From Lingula anatina (lineage: Eukaryota > Animalia > Brachiopoda): DNA of 64,000 nucleotides. Positions 1 to 13,209 of the stretch are shown in pieces (within the stretch, counting starts at the first letter, position 1; every line of letters starts with the position of its first letter). Below the pieces are notes generated by a model. It was not told the DNA's origin. It saw only the letters and a program-made list of their open reading frames with translations, and did no database searches. The translations under genes and the position numbers were made by a program. The stretch lies in assembly GCA_051362555.1 (NCBI GenBank), contig CM120644.1:13228567-13292566 (forward strand), given 5' to 3'.

Positions 1-244
1 CTAATTAAAAAACAGGAATTATTATGTGAACTATCATGGACAATGTTGATTGATATTGAGAAATTATACTGTGCCTTATCGCTGTGTCATGATAATTAAT
101 TAATGTTCTAAACATATTGCATCTGGTGATTTTTCTAATGTACAGAAATGCTATTTTGCAATAACCATCAAGTAAGATTCATTGGATACAAAAATGTGGC
201 TTTTTAAACCTCTTTTCTAAGATTTTTCAATAGTGCCCAAAAGT

Positions 245-637
245 GTCCCGTCAGAGACGTCCCGTCAGAGACAGTGACTTTTTACACTTAACAGCCTATG
301 CTGCCAAGGAAAGTAAACAAAACTGGCCTGTTTGTGCATTAACTGCTTCCCAAGACTTGTACCTTGCAATATGAATCACAAAAGTCTTGATTAAATGAAA
401 TTTCAAAGAGAATTTTGCATTGGAGTTTTAGTAAAAAAATACAGGGGTCAAAAATGTCCCGTCAGAGACAGACCTTTAAGTGATTGTCATTCCCACATTA
501 ATTTCAATACAAATTAGCTGCTTGTTTTACATAATCCTTTATGGTCTAGCTAAATAAAAATGTATTTAAAAGTAACCATGTGGATCGTTTACCAACTGTA
601 ATTTTTAAAATTGTCTCTAAAATGTCCCGTCAGAGAC
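245..637. repeat. Four copies of the 14-mer GTCCCGTCAGAGAC (245, 259, 456, 624), possibly subterminal repeats of a DNA transposon
   Basis: Exact motif seen four times in the same orientation. The transposon role is inference. Confidence 0.5.
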
Positions 638-1721
638 ATTTCAAATACCGTGTTTTGACCCTATTATTTATTTTTTGGCCCATTGATATACAGCATAGAG
701 TGCTAGCAGAAAAATCTGTTCAAATATTTTTTCTTTTCTTTTTTTTTTTTTTTTTTTTTTTGGAGGGGAGTTAATTAAACTATGCCTTTTGGTAATCCTC
801 TAAGTTATACTACTTGAAACTATATGCTGGCATTTTGTTGGCTTATGTGCATGGCCAAAATTTACTTCATATGCACCTTTAAACTTAGCCCCTTGAAATT
901 ACTTTTAATCTTGAAAAAAAAACTTGCACATTCAATCATATCTGCCACAGGAAAAAATTATAGTTTTAATAGTCTTGATGGTTTTAAAAGTCAGTTTTGG
1001 TCATTTCCACAGAAAGGAGAAATATCAAAGTGCAAATACATGTGTTTTAAAAGAATGCTTTGAAACCTATTCTCCTTTTATTTTAGATTACAGAAATGCA
1101 TGTCAGAAGGAAAAGAAGGCATATGTGAAAGGTGAGTAAATGTATTTTCAGTGAGTGTCAAAGACTTCTGAACAAATCTAAGAATTTAAGTGTATCACCC
1201 TCATACTGACTTATCTCTTCTTTGTGAAACTAATATGTCTGATAATTCCATAATTATTGTTGTTTTTTTTTTTTTTAATAGTAACACAGAATCCAAAATG
1301 TTTCAGTGTTGCCTTGCTTCTGAATAACAGGAACCCCACTTTTTTTTAGTTCAAAACAACCATGCAACCTATGATGAACTGTTCATATATATAAATATAT
1401 ATTCTTAATGCATCACTTTTTTGGTAGAATAACATTTTATGTTTTAACTTTTTTAGATAAAAAGGACAACCAGAGCAATGGTAGTTGTGTAAGTATATTG
1501 TTAATTGACCTGCAATTGCTGTTGCATATCTTTTCCACTAAATGCTGAAAAAATTGTAATTTCCTCTTTCAAATAATAAGTACATTTTACACACATGAAT
1601 TCAAATTTAATAAAGCTTTCCCTGTGTTATTCAAGGAAAAAAATCAGAGCCAGCTTGTAATGCAGCAGTTGAAGAAAGTGTTTCAGTGCCTCGTGCATCA
1701 TTTGTCCCCCGTCTTACTCCC

Positions 1722-1820
1722 ACCATCTCCAACCCTGTGCCCTCCATATCTCCCCACACCCATACCATATCCAACCCTGTGCCCTCCATAACTCCCCACA
1801 CGCATACCATGTGCCCTCCA
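1722..1820. repeat. ~42-bp C-rich minisatellite, about 2.5 units
   Basis: ACCAT(C/A)TCCAACCCTGTGCCCTCCATA... recurs at 1722 and 1764, with a partial third unit. Confidence 0.7.
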
Positions 1821-2078
1821 TATCCATCCCCCCCCCCCCCATCTGTCTCATTTAGTTTTTTAAATGAAGTCATGCTTTCTTTATTTATTGTTTAAATTCT
1901 CTTTCTTTCAGTGTATGTTATTAACAACTTGAAAATGGATGGGCCAGCAATTAAGCACACTATGAGTGCAAAAATTCACTGCAAAGAGGGCCTTAAAAAA
2001 GGTAGGAAAAGTATTTTTAACTGTGATTAGGTTATACCATGCCTGCTAAATTTATTTTAGTTTTACTTAACAACATAA

Positions 2079-2126
<48 letters not shown>

Positions 2127-3042
2127 TGTTTTTATTAATGGAAACTACTAGAAGCTTACTTGACAAACTACCTGTGAGTGCAACAAATTTTACAAGAAAT
2201 GTCAAGTTTTATTTTTCTTGTCTTTCAGATGTGATATGGTGCTTGTATCCCAGTCAAAATTTGGTCTGACTTCTCTAGCGAGTGAAACAACAGCGGTGAT
2301 ATGTTTTCCAGAGATCAACTACAACCTGCCTGATCTTTACGTTTATTTCTCTGGCTGACAGATTTGGAGTCTCCTAGGACAGCAGGGACTATCTAGCTAT
2401 CAGTTCAACTGACCAAACTCACTCTGAGCTCTTATACTAAGTTCTACTCCTTATATACTTATACACACAAAATACATTACAGTGAATCATTAACAGGATT
2501 GAGATATTGAAGCCAGTCAACAGAATTAAGACATATTACTAAGAACTCTATAATTAAACTCGGACTTCTTTAAACTTGGATGTAAATAAAGTTGTTGAAT
2601 CCTCTTAAAGATTAAAGCATCCTTTATAGCTTGGTTACTGTTCTTTCCAATGAATAAAATGCATAAGCAGATTCACGTTGTATCATTATATCAGAGACAT
2701 CTGAACAATCTTTACCAAATGTTGATTTAATTTGATTTAAATGTGCAAGTTTCTAAAATAAAATATTGAAAAATGTTTATGGTGTTTCTTACTGATATTC
2801 TGTGTGTGCTATTTTTTCATTCATTTGATAATTTTCTGTATGTGTTCTGCCAGCTGCACTATATGGCTAAAATACAGTAATAAAATTTTGCTACTCCATG
2901 ATTTCAAATATGGCATACATGATTGAGATTTAATTTAAAAAGAAAACTGGCATAAATAAAAGCATAATCACTGGGTTAAATATTAGTTGTCAGTCTACTG
3001 CAATAGTGGTACTGCAGAAGAATGTTTTTTCGATTTGTTTGT

Positions 3043-3073
<31 letters not shown>

Positions 3074-3074
3074 G

Positions 3075-3487
3075 TTCCGGAAAAATTCGCGAGAACAGTT
3101 CTGGAGATTTTGCAGCAAATTTGCAAGAAGGATTTCTTATGAGTTTGCAGAGCATTCGCAAGAACAGTTCTGAAGGGTTTGCAGCAAATTTGCAAGAACT
3201 TCTAGTGAATTTGCAGAAAATTCGCAAGAACAGTTCTGGAGAGTTTGCAGCAAATTCGCAAGAACTGTAGTGGAGAGTTTGCAGCAAATTCGCATGAATG
3301 GTTCTTGAGAGTTTGCAGCAAATTTGCAAGAAACCTGTGACAGATTCCCTTTTGTCATGCTGATTAAGTTTGTGGGGAGTTTGCAGCAAATTTGCAAGAG
3401 ACTTAATTTACATGGTAAATTTCCTCTTGCAAATTTGTTGCAAATTTGCAGCAACTGTTTGCAAGAAGCCTTAAATTTTGCTAAGGG
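3075..3487. mobile_element. Array of imperfect palindromic TTTGCAGCAAATT(T/C)GCAAG repeats ending in ...TTTTGCTAAGGG; probable end of a CMC/EnSpm-like DNA transposon
   Basis: About 10 degenerate copies of the motif are visible. The terminus reads CCCTTAGCAAAA on the minus strand. CCC termini plus dense subterminal repeats resemble animal EnSpm elements (family call is inference). Confidence 0.5.
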
Positions 3488-6400
3488 CAGGTGGCTTCAT
3501 GTTCAGTTCGTCGTATTCCTTGTCCGTAAGTTTGCATACAAACTTTTGTCTCTCTCTGTGGAAGAAGGGCGAATTAAAACACCGCCACATCAGCTTAAGC
3601 TCTTTATCCCGGTGACTAGAAATTACTTGGAACCAATCTTTGTTACGTGTGTGTTTTTTGGTCGTGATGATATCTTCCGTAGTTCTGTCCGTGGTCAAAT
3701 CGTCAATGAAGTTCGGTAGTTTTTCATAAAAGTCCATCTTGTTCCTGTAAAATGAAAATTAAAAGCAATTTGCGTCAATTCACACACGGAATCACGGCAC
3801 ATATACCTGCAAACAGTATAGTTCTTAATATTCCGGTACAATGTATATTCTGGTACATGTACACTTCAATTTACCAAAATGTCCACATACTTCGATTGAA
3901 TTTCCTCGCACCATGGAACATATTGTACATTACTGATATTAAAGTGCCGAATAACACTCTTTATCGCACTGCATTTCTAAATGAACACATTCAGGAGAGG
4001 ACAGCCAACTACGGCGGCATCGGTACGCACATAAACTGGTGGATCTGGAATTTTGTTTAAAGGGGTGGGGGTCCGAATAAAATATTTGACATCCCTGGGC
4101 TTATATATGAAAGCATGGCACACGAATGGATTTTTTTTTTCTCTCGTTTAGGTCTTTATATCATTTTTGGTCGAAAGAAGAAGAGCGTTCCACAGCAGAA
4201 CAGAGCTGACCTCTGGCTCTACAATAGGATTCCATGCGTTCTGTTGCCACCAATCACGTACTCGTAACTTATCTTACTTTCCAATCACGTGGTCCACAAT
4301 GCCCAACTCTTGCGCATGCTCAGCAAGGATAGGCTCTGGGTTAGAATACATTATTTCATCTGCCTTTTCTTTACCAACTCTCTTCGGGAAGAAGTATGTC
4401 CAGTATTCCGAGCCATACAAGTTCATGTTTTGATAAGAAGGAGTCAGCAGTACACCCTGAAGATAAAAAATAAACGAATTCATTGGCAGAAAGTTGCAAG
4501 ACATGCCAGCCACCTGGTGACCGTCAGCCAAAGCATCAACACCTACCGTTCAGGTCGCCATCGATATATACTGAAAGAGCAGATATACGCCGCATTCCAT
4601 AGTTTATAATATTGGCATTACCATATATAATCGTTAGTTCATTGTCAGAAAAAGTCGTTTAAGCACAACAATTCTAACTAAGTGAAAATGAAAAGTAAAA
4701 ACTGATCCCAGTACCACGATAAACAAAAGCTAAAACATGTAATAATAAATAAATAAATAAATAAATAATCAATAAGGAAAATACATTAGCAAGAAAACAA
4801 TGACAAAAGACATAAAATCAATAAGCAGAGGAACAGTTCAATGATAACAGAACGAAATGTTGCAATGCTAAAGCCACCTTTTAAAACAATAATATTACTG
4901 AGTATTATACATACTGGATGTGATACGACAATGTCGGCCGCTGCCGCAAGCATCGCTCCCCCGGCCCCAGCGTTCCCCTGAAGAGCAGCAACCACCAACT
5001 TATCAGTCATCTTGCTCATTTCCAGTATGACGTCGTCGATTTTATTTATATTATGCCAAGCTTCCAATACTGGGTCGCTGCTGGCTTCAATCCGACAGAG
5101 ATGGATTCCTGATTTTACAAAAATTCAATATTGTAAACTCCAAAAAACATGTTTCATTTCTATTTTTTCTTGTCGGTTTTCAGTTCATTTCTGATCTGGT
5201 TTATTTAGATCAGTTTTAAGCTTGTTTGAGGATTTAAGCCCAAGCACTTCCTTTAAAAATATCCTCACACTATTGCAATTCATTATTCCTATAATACTTT
5301 AATAGCTTTAATAGTTTAAGTGAAAATTGCCGTTGTTTTTTATAATCAAATATAACGAATGTACCGAGTACTTATACAGGAAATACAGTAAAAAAATTCT
5401 CAGGCAGAATTGTTTGAACATCTGTATATCGAGATCCCACCTGTCGAAAAGAAACGCTCTCCGCCCATCAACACAACAACGCGGACGTGGCTCATCTTGG
5501 CAACTTGACTAAGGACCTCTTTCAAATGATCCGCTTGGTTGCAGTCCATGGCACCATTGTAAAAATCAAAGTGAACGTAGCACACTTGTCCGGAATGTCT
5601 CAACCAAACTTGGCTATATGAAGACAAACTGCCTAAATCTGCAATCTCTGAGGCCAGCGTTGGTGAAATTGCAGACACTGCTGGCAGTTTGATGGACAAC
5701 TTCTTTTTGTTCTTGAAAGCAAGTAGAAATCTATGCAAAAGCTTTCAGTTTATTAGAAAAATGCTTATTAAACGGACCCCTCCAATTTTCAAAGCAGGAA
5801 GACTAATACATTACATGCGATTCTCATCTAAAAGAGTGATAATAAAAAACATTCTGAGATCCACCAAGGGATTCCTATTGTAGAACGAACTGCAAATTGA
5901 CACCGGCCGACATTACATTTTCCCACTTGAATTTCTTTAATACACGCTTTGAAATATCCTGGATAAGGCAGTGAAAGATGAAGTTGTCATTACTGCATTC
6001 CTCCTGATGCGACAGATGAGACAAAAAAGTCTTGAAAATAATAAAAACACTCTCACCTTCAGGCAAGTTATCCATACTCCCCCATTGTCTCCGCTTTTAA
6101 CCAAAAGTGCCCCCTGCTTCTTTCCAATTACGGAACCAGGTTTGTAGGCACTCAACATTTGTCCCAAAACTCCACTACGGTCTTGCTCTATGAGGGCACC
6201 GTATACCCTATACGTTTCGGTTAGCTGTATGTTGTTGTCCAGAAATGTGATATTAGCAAGGGCGCCTGGCTGTGTATCGGAACTTCGAATGATTCGGCAT
6301 ATATCTTCAGCTGAAGCAGACCAGTCGATCTCCCTGTCGGACTTTTTCATTGAGGGCAACAGGCAGCCTTTTATTTCTGATCGATTGTAATCAAGTGGCG

Positions 6401-7361
6401 TTGGCGTCACTCCAAGTTGATACCTGTGAATAAGATTAAATGGTATATATTAATGAATTAACGCAACGCACTTTAAAACAGTCTACAGAGATTAAAAAGG
6501 AGCTACCTGGTTCCTATGGAGAAGACAACAATTATTATTATTATTATTATCATTATTATTTATTAATTAAATGATTAACCTACAATTATTCATTCAAACA
6601 AAGTGCAGTCTAATTGAAGTGAAATACCTCGTAAGCCCGTCAACGACCAGCTCGGCCGCCAAGTCACTGATTTCCCCACCGTACACTCCTGTTTTCGTGG
6701 CGTTTGCTTTTAATGGAAATGTCCCCGTGCTCCAGATGTCGCCTCCGTCCATAACCGGGCTAGCTTGCAGCAGCGTCGCACCCCATTCCCTCTTTGCTTG
6801 CCGTATCGCCCAATCGATGGAATTAGGTCCCCGGTCACCTGCAATACCAGGATGAAAAACCAAACATGGCCGCTCGGTCGTCTTCCAAATTGTTTCTGGG
6901 ATGTATTTTGTAAGGTACGGGCAGATGATGACGTCGGGTTGGTAAAGTGTTACCGCATTTTCCATGGCACTTCCACTATCACATGGTACGGCATGAGTAA
7001 TCACCTGGGTGATAAATATGAATAAATTAATACGCTTTTAGTACCACATGCACAATGTAGGGAAGACCGGGGCTAGTTGGACCCCGGGTTAAGTTGGCCC
7101 CCCATCAATTTATGACAAAGTAACTGTGGGGTAAAAGAATTGATCACATCATTGTTGTCCATGTTTTTAGGCTATTAGGGCCTATATGGGGCGAGTAAAT
7201 CCCGAAATATGGAATCGAGACGATTGCGCTCGGTCGTAATGCTCGATGCTTTCGAGTTACGAGGTCCAGGACAGCCAACTACCGTTGCATCGGTATGTGC
7301 AGACTGGTGGATCCAAAATAGGGGGTAGAGCAAGAATATACAGAAAGCTTTTACCTCCTTG

Positions 7362-7445
<84 letters not shown>

Positions 7446-8834
7446 CAGAGCACACGACTGGAACATATTTGATTTTCTCTCGTTAAGTTGTTTATATTAT
7501 TATTTTTTTCATGTGTGGGAAGAGCTAGATTACCACAGCAGGAAAAAAAAGGATCTCTGGCTCTACAATTAATGGATTACATCGTAGCCTCTAATCACAT
7601 GTAAGATAACTTTCAAATCACATAAATGTACGTCGATTCATATGCCCCGACGACATAATAACCTTGATTATATCAACAGTGGGCTGTGGAAACATGGACA
7701 ACAACACGGTGCCCTACTGAACTAGTTAAAGACCTCAACTAGCTACCTGTAGGTCAGGCGTATCAGCGACCGTTGCAGTGACTAGACACTGACATGAGGG
7801 TCTTTTGTGAGGCGTGTAACTATTTTACAGACGATAATTTGGAAAATATGGAGATCCTAAATGTCGCTTTTAATTGTTGTCATATGACTTAGAATGGGCA
7901 ATGTATTTTTGTTTGAATTGCGAACTCAATTAATGAACTGCATGATGTCAGAATGCCATCAAAGATATTATGAACAGTTTTTAAAACACGATTTTAATTC
8001 TCACTTTCATTGACCAGTCAGTAAAATAGGAAAAAAACTGATGAAAATGATTTGGAAAAAAATATTCCATATTAAATGTTAAGTCTGCATGTTCAGACTG
8101 GTGAATTCAGAATTTGGTCAAGAGGAAAGGGCTAGAATAAAAGATTTTACCTCTGTCGGCAAATATATCAAATATATGAAAGCAGGGCACACTACTTGTA
8201 TTAGAACATGTTTAATTTTGTCTCGTTCAGTTGTTTATATTACTATTTTTTAGGAGGGACAATATAAGAGAAAGGATCACTAGCTCTACAATGGATGCAC
8301 ATTGTTGCCCCCTATCACATGTAACTTGGCTTACTTTCCAATCACGTACATGTACGTCGATTTACATGCCCCAGTACAAAATCACGGGTTAGAATACTAT
8401 CAACAGTGGGCTGTGGCAAACATGGACAACAACACAGTGACCTACTGAACTATAAAGACCTCAATGGAAGCTGTGCCATTAAAATGTGTAAACAGGCCCA
8501 CATTAACTGATAGAACACAAAAGAGGCATTATACCTATACCTATGAATGCTATATATAATTGAAAACTATGATATAATGTTAATTGTGACACTACCGACT
8601 TTTCACCTATATATGTGGACTATTTGGGTAAAAAAGAAGCCTCAATCAATACAATCACGTTGGTTGTATCGATATCGATACTTGCAGAATGTCACTTACC
8701 TTCATTCTTTGTAAGGTCATTTTAACTCTATTGGTCAAGCTGTTAACAGCATTCGAGACGAGTAAAATACGGAGTCCTTCCAGTAAAGACGGGTTTCTTG
8801 CTACCTGACCTGGCATAGGCAAATACGGCGGCAT
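3471..8834 (-). CDS. hypX: HypX/HoxX-like protein, copy A (formyltransferase + enoyl-CoA hydratase/crotonase fusion), ~598 aa, 7 coding exons
   Basis: Exons (minus): 8700-8834, 6628-7004, 6057-6423, 5441-5711, 4915-5108, 4278-4456, 3471-3744. All junctions are GT-AG and phase-compatible; total 1797 nt open. Motifs: LRILLVSNAVNSLTNR, FHPGIAGDRGPNSIDWAI, MDGGDIW, IRSSDTQPG, FDFYNGAMD, FFSTGIHL, GNAGAGG, PSYQNMNLYGSEYWTY, FHRERQKFVCK, matching the bacterial HypX architecture. Confidence 0.93.
7365..7443. repeat. (TA)n microsatellite (others at ~2083-2123 and ~13176-13206)
   Basis: Direct observation. Confidence 0.95.
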
Positions 8835-9999
8835 AGTTGAATGTCTTTTTCTTTCTGTCTAGCTATCCACGAACAACTAATAAGGCAAAACAAAATAACG
8901 ATATGAAACAATATTAAATAATATATTTTCAAATCGTAGGTATTTAGCACGCGATAGTAAATTACCCGCTAGCTGCTCGAGGAGGGGTGTCAGACAATTA
9001 AGCTGATTCCACTGATTGCACTTAAGCGAGAACCCCCCGCAGAGTTGGACCGACCCAGCAAGTACGGCGTGTGAACCTGATCGCGGTCTTAAACCAAAGA
9101 CTTGCATAACACCTGTGTGCGACCTTGCGTGAAGTCTGGGACACGACTCTTCTTGACCGGACTTAAGGCACGACCGCACGCTGATATTGGGCAGTCAGTT
9201 GTTAGCATTAAGAAATTATCTACTTATTTTCTATTCTGTGACAGCAATTCAGTGTATGAAATCAATGTACATCTTGGTTTGCCTGTATCATGAGATTTCT
9301 TCATTCAACTCTCGATACAATATCATCAATATCACGACTACGGACTAAGACTATGTCAAAATTTGGAAAAAAAATACCACGTGCGCAAGGTTTCGAGTGA
9401 GGTGCACGGCGACGCAAAACATTCTAGCCTTTTTTGCCCAGGTTGAATAAAAGGACGTAAAATCATTTTTACAAGTTTGGAGATCACAATATATTCATCC
9501 CATTTTAAACCGCAAACAATAGGAGTGACAAAGACGTGTGCTAAATATGACGGACTTATTAGAAACTATTATAAACCAAATGCCGATTCGCGTCCCACGA
9601 AATTTACATACGTACCCTGAATAACCTAGTTGATGTAGTTGCACTGCCGCTTGTCTTCTCCTTTTTTAATACTTAAATAATATTTTACTGCTTATCGGAA
9701 TAATTAATTAATTAATTAATTAAGCACCGAGTTCGGTATATGTGTATATGTGTCGATCACACAAATGTGAGTATAGCTGGGCTCTTCTATAGCGCCGGTT
9801 TGTACTTGACATTATGCAAATGAAAAAAATTATATAACAGATTCTATATCTAGCCTTCATCGGTCCACCAGCAAAATGGTGTCAACCACATTCAGTGTGA
9901 GTGTACTGGCCAGGCAAACTACCATTACGTAAGAAAAATTGAATAACAAGAAGTTTGCATGTCGCATTATTTATATAGACAGCCTAAAGAGAAATTTAA

Positions 10000-10198
10000 G
10001 ACCCCGTTTCCATAGATTTTAGATCGATCTATCCCTGTGGGGAGTCTCACTTAAGCGTCTGTCCCGCCTACTGAGCTGTAAGGGGGTAATTAACTATGGT
10101 GCGCGCTCGGCTGACTGCAATTTAGCGTGAACCCCCAGGGAGTTAGGTCGATCTAAATCTTAATCTCTGGATCGATCTAAATCTGTGGGAATGCACCC
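10000..10198. mobile_element. PIF/Harbinger-like MITE
   Basis: Imperfect TIRs GACCCCGTTTCCATAGATTTTAGATCGATC / GATCGATCTAAATCTGTGGGAATGCACCC, flanked by TAA on both sides. Related copies at ~27545-27733, ~50625-50838 and 63413-63628. Confidence 0.7.
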
Positions 10199-10824
10199 TA
10201 AGTGGCACAGTTTACAGTTTGGTCTCATTGAGGCTTGTAGGTGAGGAGCTTGGTCCGTGTATTGGGGGGTGGGGGTGGGAGAGGTGGGGAGGGGGTGGAG
10301 GGGCAGAGTGGTTGCCATTTCGCCAGAATATGAAAAACGACCGATTTGTCCTTTTCTGGCGAAATAGAAATCGCTTTGTCTGCCCACCCCCCACCCCCAA
10401 CCATAATACACTGACCGAGCCTGACCCTGTAGTCACCACGCTAGCCTGCCCCCATACCTACAGTTGTATGTATTTGGTGCAAGCTGACAGAGAACTTGGT
10501 ATAAAAACAGAATCAATTTAGCCGTTCGATTTGAAAATGCTTTATTTTGTGTTATTTCATTACCGTATTTTGTCTTAGGTTATCCGCCTCTAACCGTCTT
10601 GAACATTGTAGTTCGGAAATGCATATGTGGTGAATTTTAAACAGGGGAATGTGTTTTGTGTTTTTGCCCCATAACAACCTGTACACGCGAAGGGCACTTT
10701 GTGTAAGATTTAAACTTGGTAGAACTTTTTGGAACAGCAAGTCCTCGTGTGATGCTTGCCACGTGGTAAAGTGGAATGTTGTGAACGGAGTACAGGTATT
10801 TTCCTAATGATATACATGTATAAT

Positions 10825-11045
10825 ACCCCCTTTACACTGGACGGCGTCCTTTCTGCGTCCTTTCTGCGACCATAAATTTGGCATCTCTGTGGTCTTAATA
10901 AGGAGGCACGAGCATTGATTTTGTATCAGAATGAATGCTCAATGATCGGCAAGTTGTCGGGATGTAAAGTATTATAATTTCTTTAACTCTCAAATGGGGC
11001 CGTACTGCTGGACGCAGAAAGGACGCCGTCCAGTGTAAAGGGGGC
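10825..11045. mobile_element. MITE with ~35-bp TIRs (Harbinger-like)
   Basis: CCCCCTTTACACTGGACGGCGTCCTTTCTGCGTCC ... GGACGCAGAAAGGACGCCGTCCAGTGTAAAGGGGG is a perfect inverted repeat. Confidence 0.8.
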
Positions 11046-11089
11046 TTACTGCTGTACTTGTCCATCATGCCCCATCATATCCAGTACAG

Positions 11090-11242
11090 CAGGGGAGGAT
11101 TCAGAGATAATTTCTGACAGTCTTCCAGATCCATCCATTTTTGACCGTCTTCCGACAGAGAAAAATTAGATACCCGTCAATTTTAACTTGAAAATCTGAC
11201 CGTCTTCCGGAAGATCCAGAAGACGGCTTCAATCCACCCCTG
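11090..11242. mobile_element. ~155-bp interspersed element with CAGGGG(A/C)GGAT...ATCC(A/G)CCCCTG termini (hAT-like MITE family)
   Basis: Homologous copies at 30823-30983 (inverted) and ~40727-40881; partial copies at ~33425-33482 and ~49510-49569. They share TCTGACCGTCTTC and GAAGACGGC cores. Confidence 0.7.
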
Positions 11243-11913
11243 TGTATGATACACTAACATGAGTTATTAGTGACAATATCAGATTTCTCCCGTTTGATTG
11301 CAAATGTAGTGCCTTGTGCAACTGGAATATTTATGTGCTATCTGTTCATGTTGAAATCAACGATAGGGGGCCTTTATCTATCGCTCTACTATGTAAAAGA
11401 CCAATCAAATCAAATTACAATAAGATATGGTAATTTTTAAAAACATGAAAGTAGGTAAGATATGATTGCAAATTTTATTAAGTAGAGTTAAATACTTCAG
11501 GATGGCTCTCACAGCAGCACTTTCAGCATATTCCAAGAGGGAACTACACGTATTTGCTGTAATAATTATATTTTATTATATATTTTTATAACTTCCTTCA
11601 ATAAATACCCTTCAATAGTCATTGATTCACCGCTTACCACGTATGTAAATATCAAGATATAAACAAAAAAGAAACAAAGTAAATTCCATGAAAACCGTTC
11701 TCCAATTGTAATGAAGGTAAGCAAAAATATATAAGCTGTTAGTCTTTTTGTTGTTGTCATGACAATGGACACTACTAGTATTTCCCCAGTATAACAGTTA
11801 TCACAAAAATTCGCAAAAGTCACAATAAAAGTTTGAAATTTGAAAGATTTTACTTCTCTGTGCGGAAAGAAATTGTCCTGACCCGTCCCTGCATCACGCG
11901 AGATTATGCGAGA

Positions 11914-13172
11914 CTATGAGTGAACAAATGCTTCCTTGCCGCTTCCTTGAATTTCCCTGAACAAACGTGGCTTCATGTTCAGTTCGTCGTATTCCTTGTC
12001 AGTAAGTTTGCATACAAACTTTTGTCTCTCTCTGTGGAAGAAAGCCGAATTAAAACATTGCCACATCAACTTAAGCTCTTTATCCCGGTGGCTGGAAAGA
12101 ACTCGGAACCACTCTTCGTTACGTGTGCGTTTTTTGGCCGTGATCATTTCTCCCGTAGCTTTGTCCCTGGCTAAATCGTCAATGAAGTTCGGGAGCTTTT
12201 CATAAAAGTCCATCTTGTTCCTGTAAAATGAAAATAAAATGTCAATTTATACACTGTACATATAGAGCTGTACACATATACACTATACATGTACATGTAT
12301 ACACTACTTCTTATACCGGTACATATTGTACATTGTACATATACACTCAACTGTACCACAATGAGTCACCAAATGTCCAATTCTACTAGATCTCTTGCCT
12401 CTCCTCACATCATGAAACATATTGTGATATTGTCATAATAAACTCCATTTGTAATAGAACACATTTACATTTACCTAAGAGAGGACAGCCAACTACGGTT
12501 ACGATATGCATATACATATACCAGTAGATTGGTGGCTACAAAGTTTTGTTAAGGGGGTGGAGGCAAGAAAAAGGTTTTACCTCCCTTGGCAAAAAAAAAT
12601 AATAATAATAATAATAAAATAAAATAAAATGCAGAGCACACAACTGGGAATAGCTTTGTATATTAATATGGTGGAAAGAAGAGAGTACCACAGCAGGAAA
12701 GAGAGGATCGCAGAAAAGAAAGGAAAGCAACAATGGACAAATATGTGCACTGATGCCACCAATCACATGTAACATGTCTTACTTTCCAATCACGTTGTCC
12801 ACAATGCCCAAATCTTGCGCATGCTCAGCGAGGATAGGCTCTGGGTGCGAATACATTATTTCATCTGCCTTTTCTTTACCAACTCTCTTCGGGAAGAAGT
12901 ATGTCCAGTATTCCGAGCCATATAAGCTCATGTTTTGATAAGAAGGAGTCAGCAGTACACCCTAAAGATAAAAAACATACACAATAATCATTTGGCAAAA
13001 AGGTGTGCACAGGATATGCCAGCCACCACGATAAAAAACTAAAACAATAAATAAATAAATGAACCAGTCAATAAATAAATAAAAAGAACAATACATTAAA
13101 GGCAAATAAATTCAAAAGGCATAAAGCCAATAAATAGAGGAATATGATAACAAATATGTTGCAATGCTAAAA

Positions 13173-13209
<37 letters not shown>

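Noticed and set aside
3075-3470. Semi-palindromic repeats with short variable spacers, superficially like a CRISPR array
   Set aside because: Repeats are degenerate and irregularly spaced, spacers resemble each other, there are no cas genes, and the context is eukaryotic. The ORFs at 2976-3454 are translations of this repeat.
6628-7004. Calling the gene methionyl-tRNA formyltransferase, ALDH1L or a stand-alone enoyl-CoA hydratase
   Set aside because: The HPGI.GDRGP.S.DWAI, FYNGAM and LYGSEYWTY motifs and the in-frame fusion to a crotonase domain point to HypX/HoxX. There is no ACP or ALDH domain.
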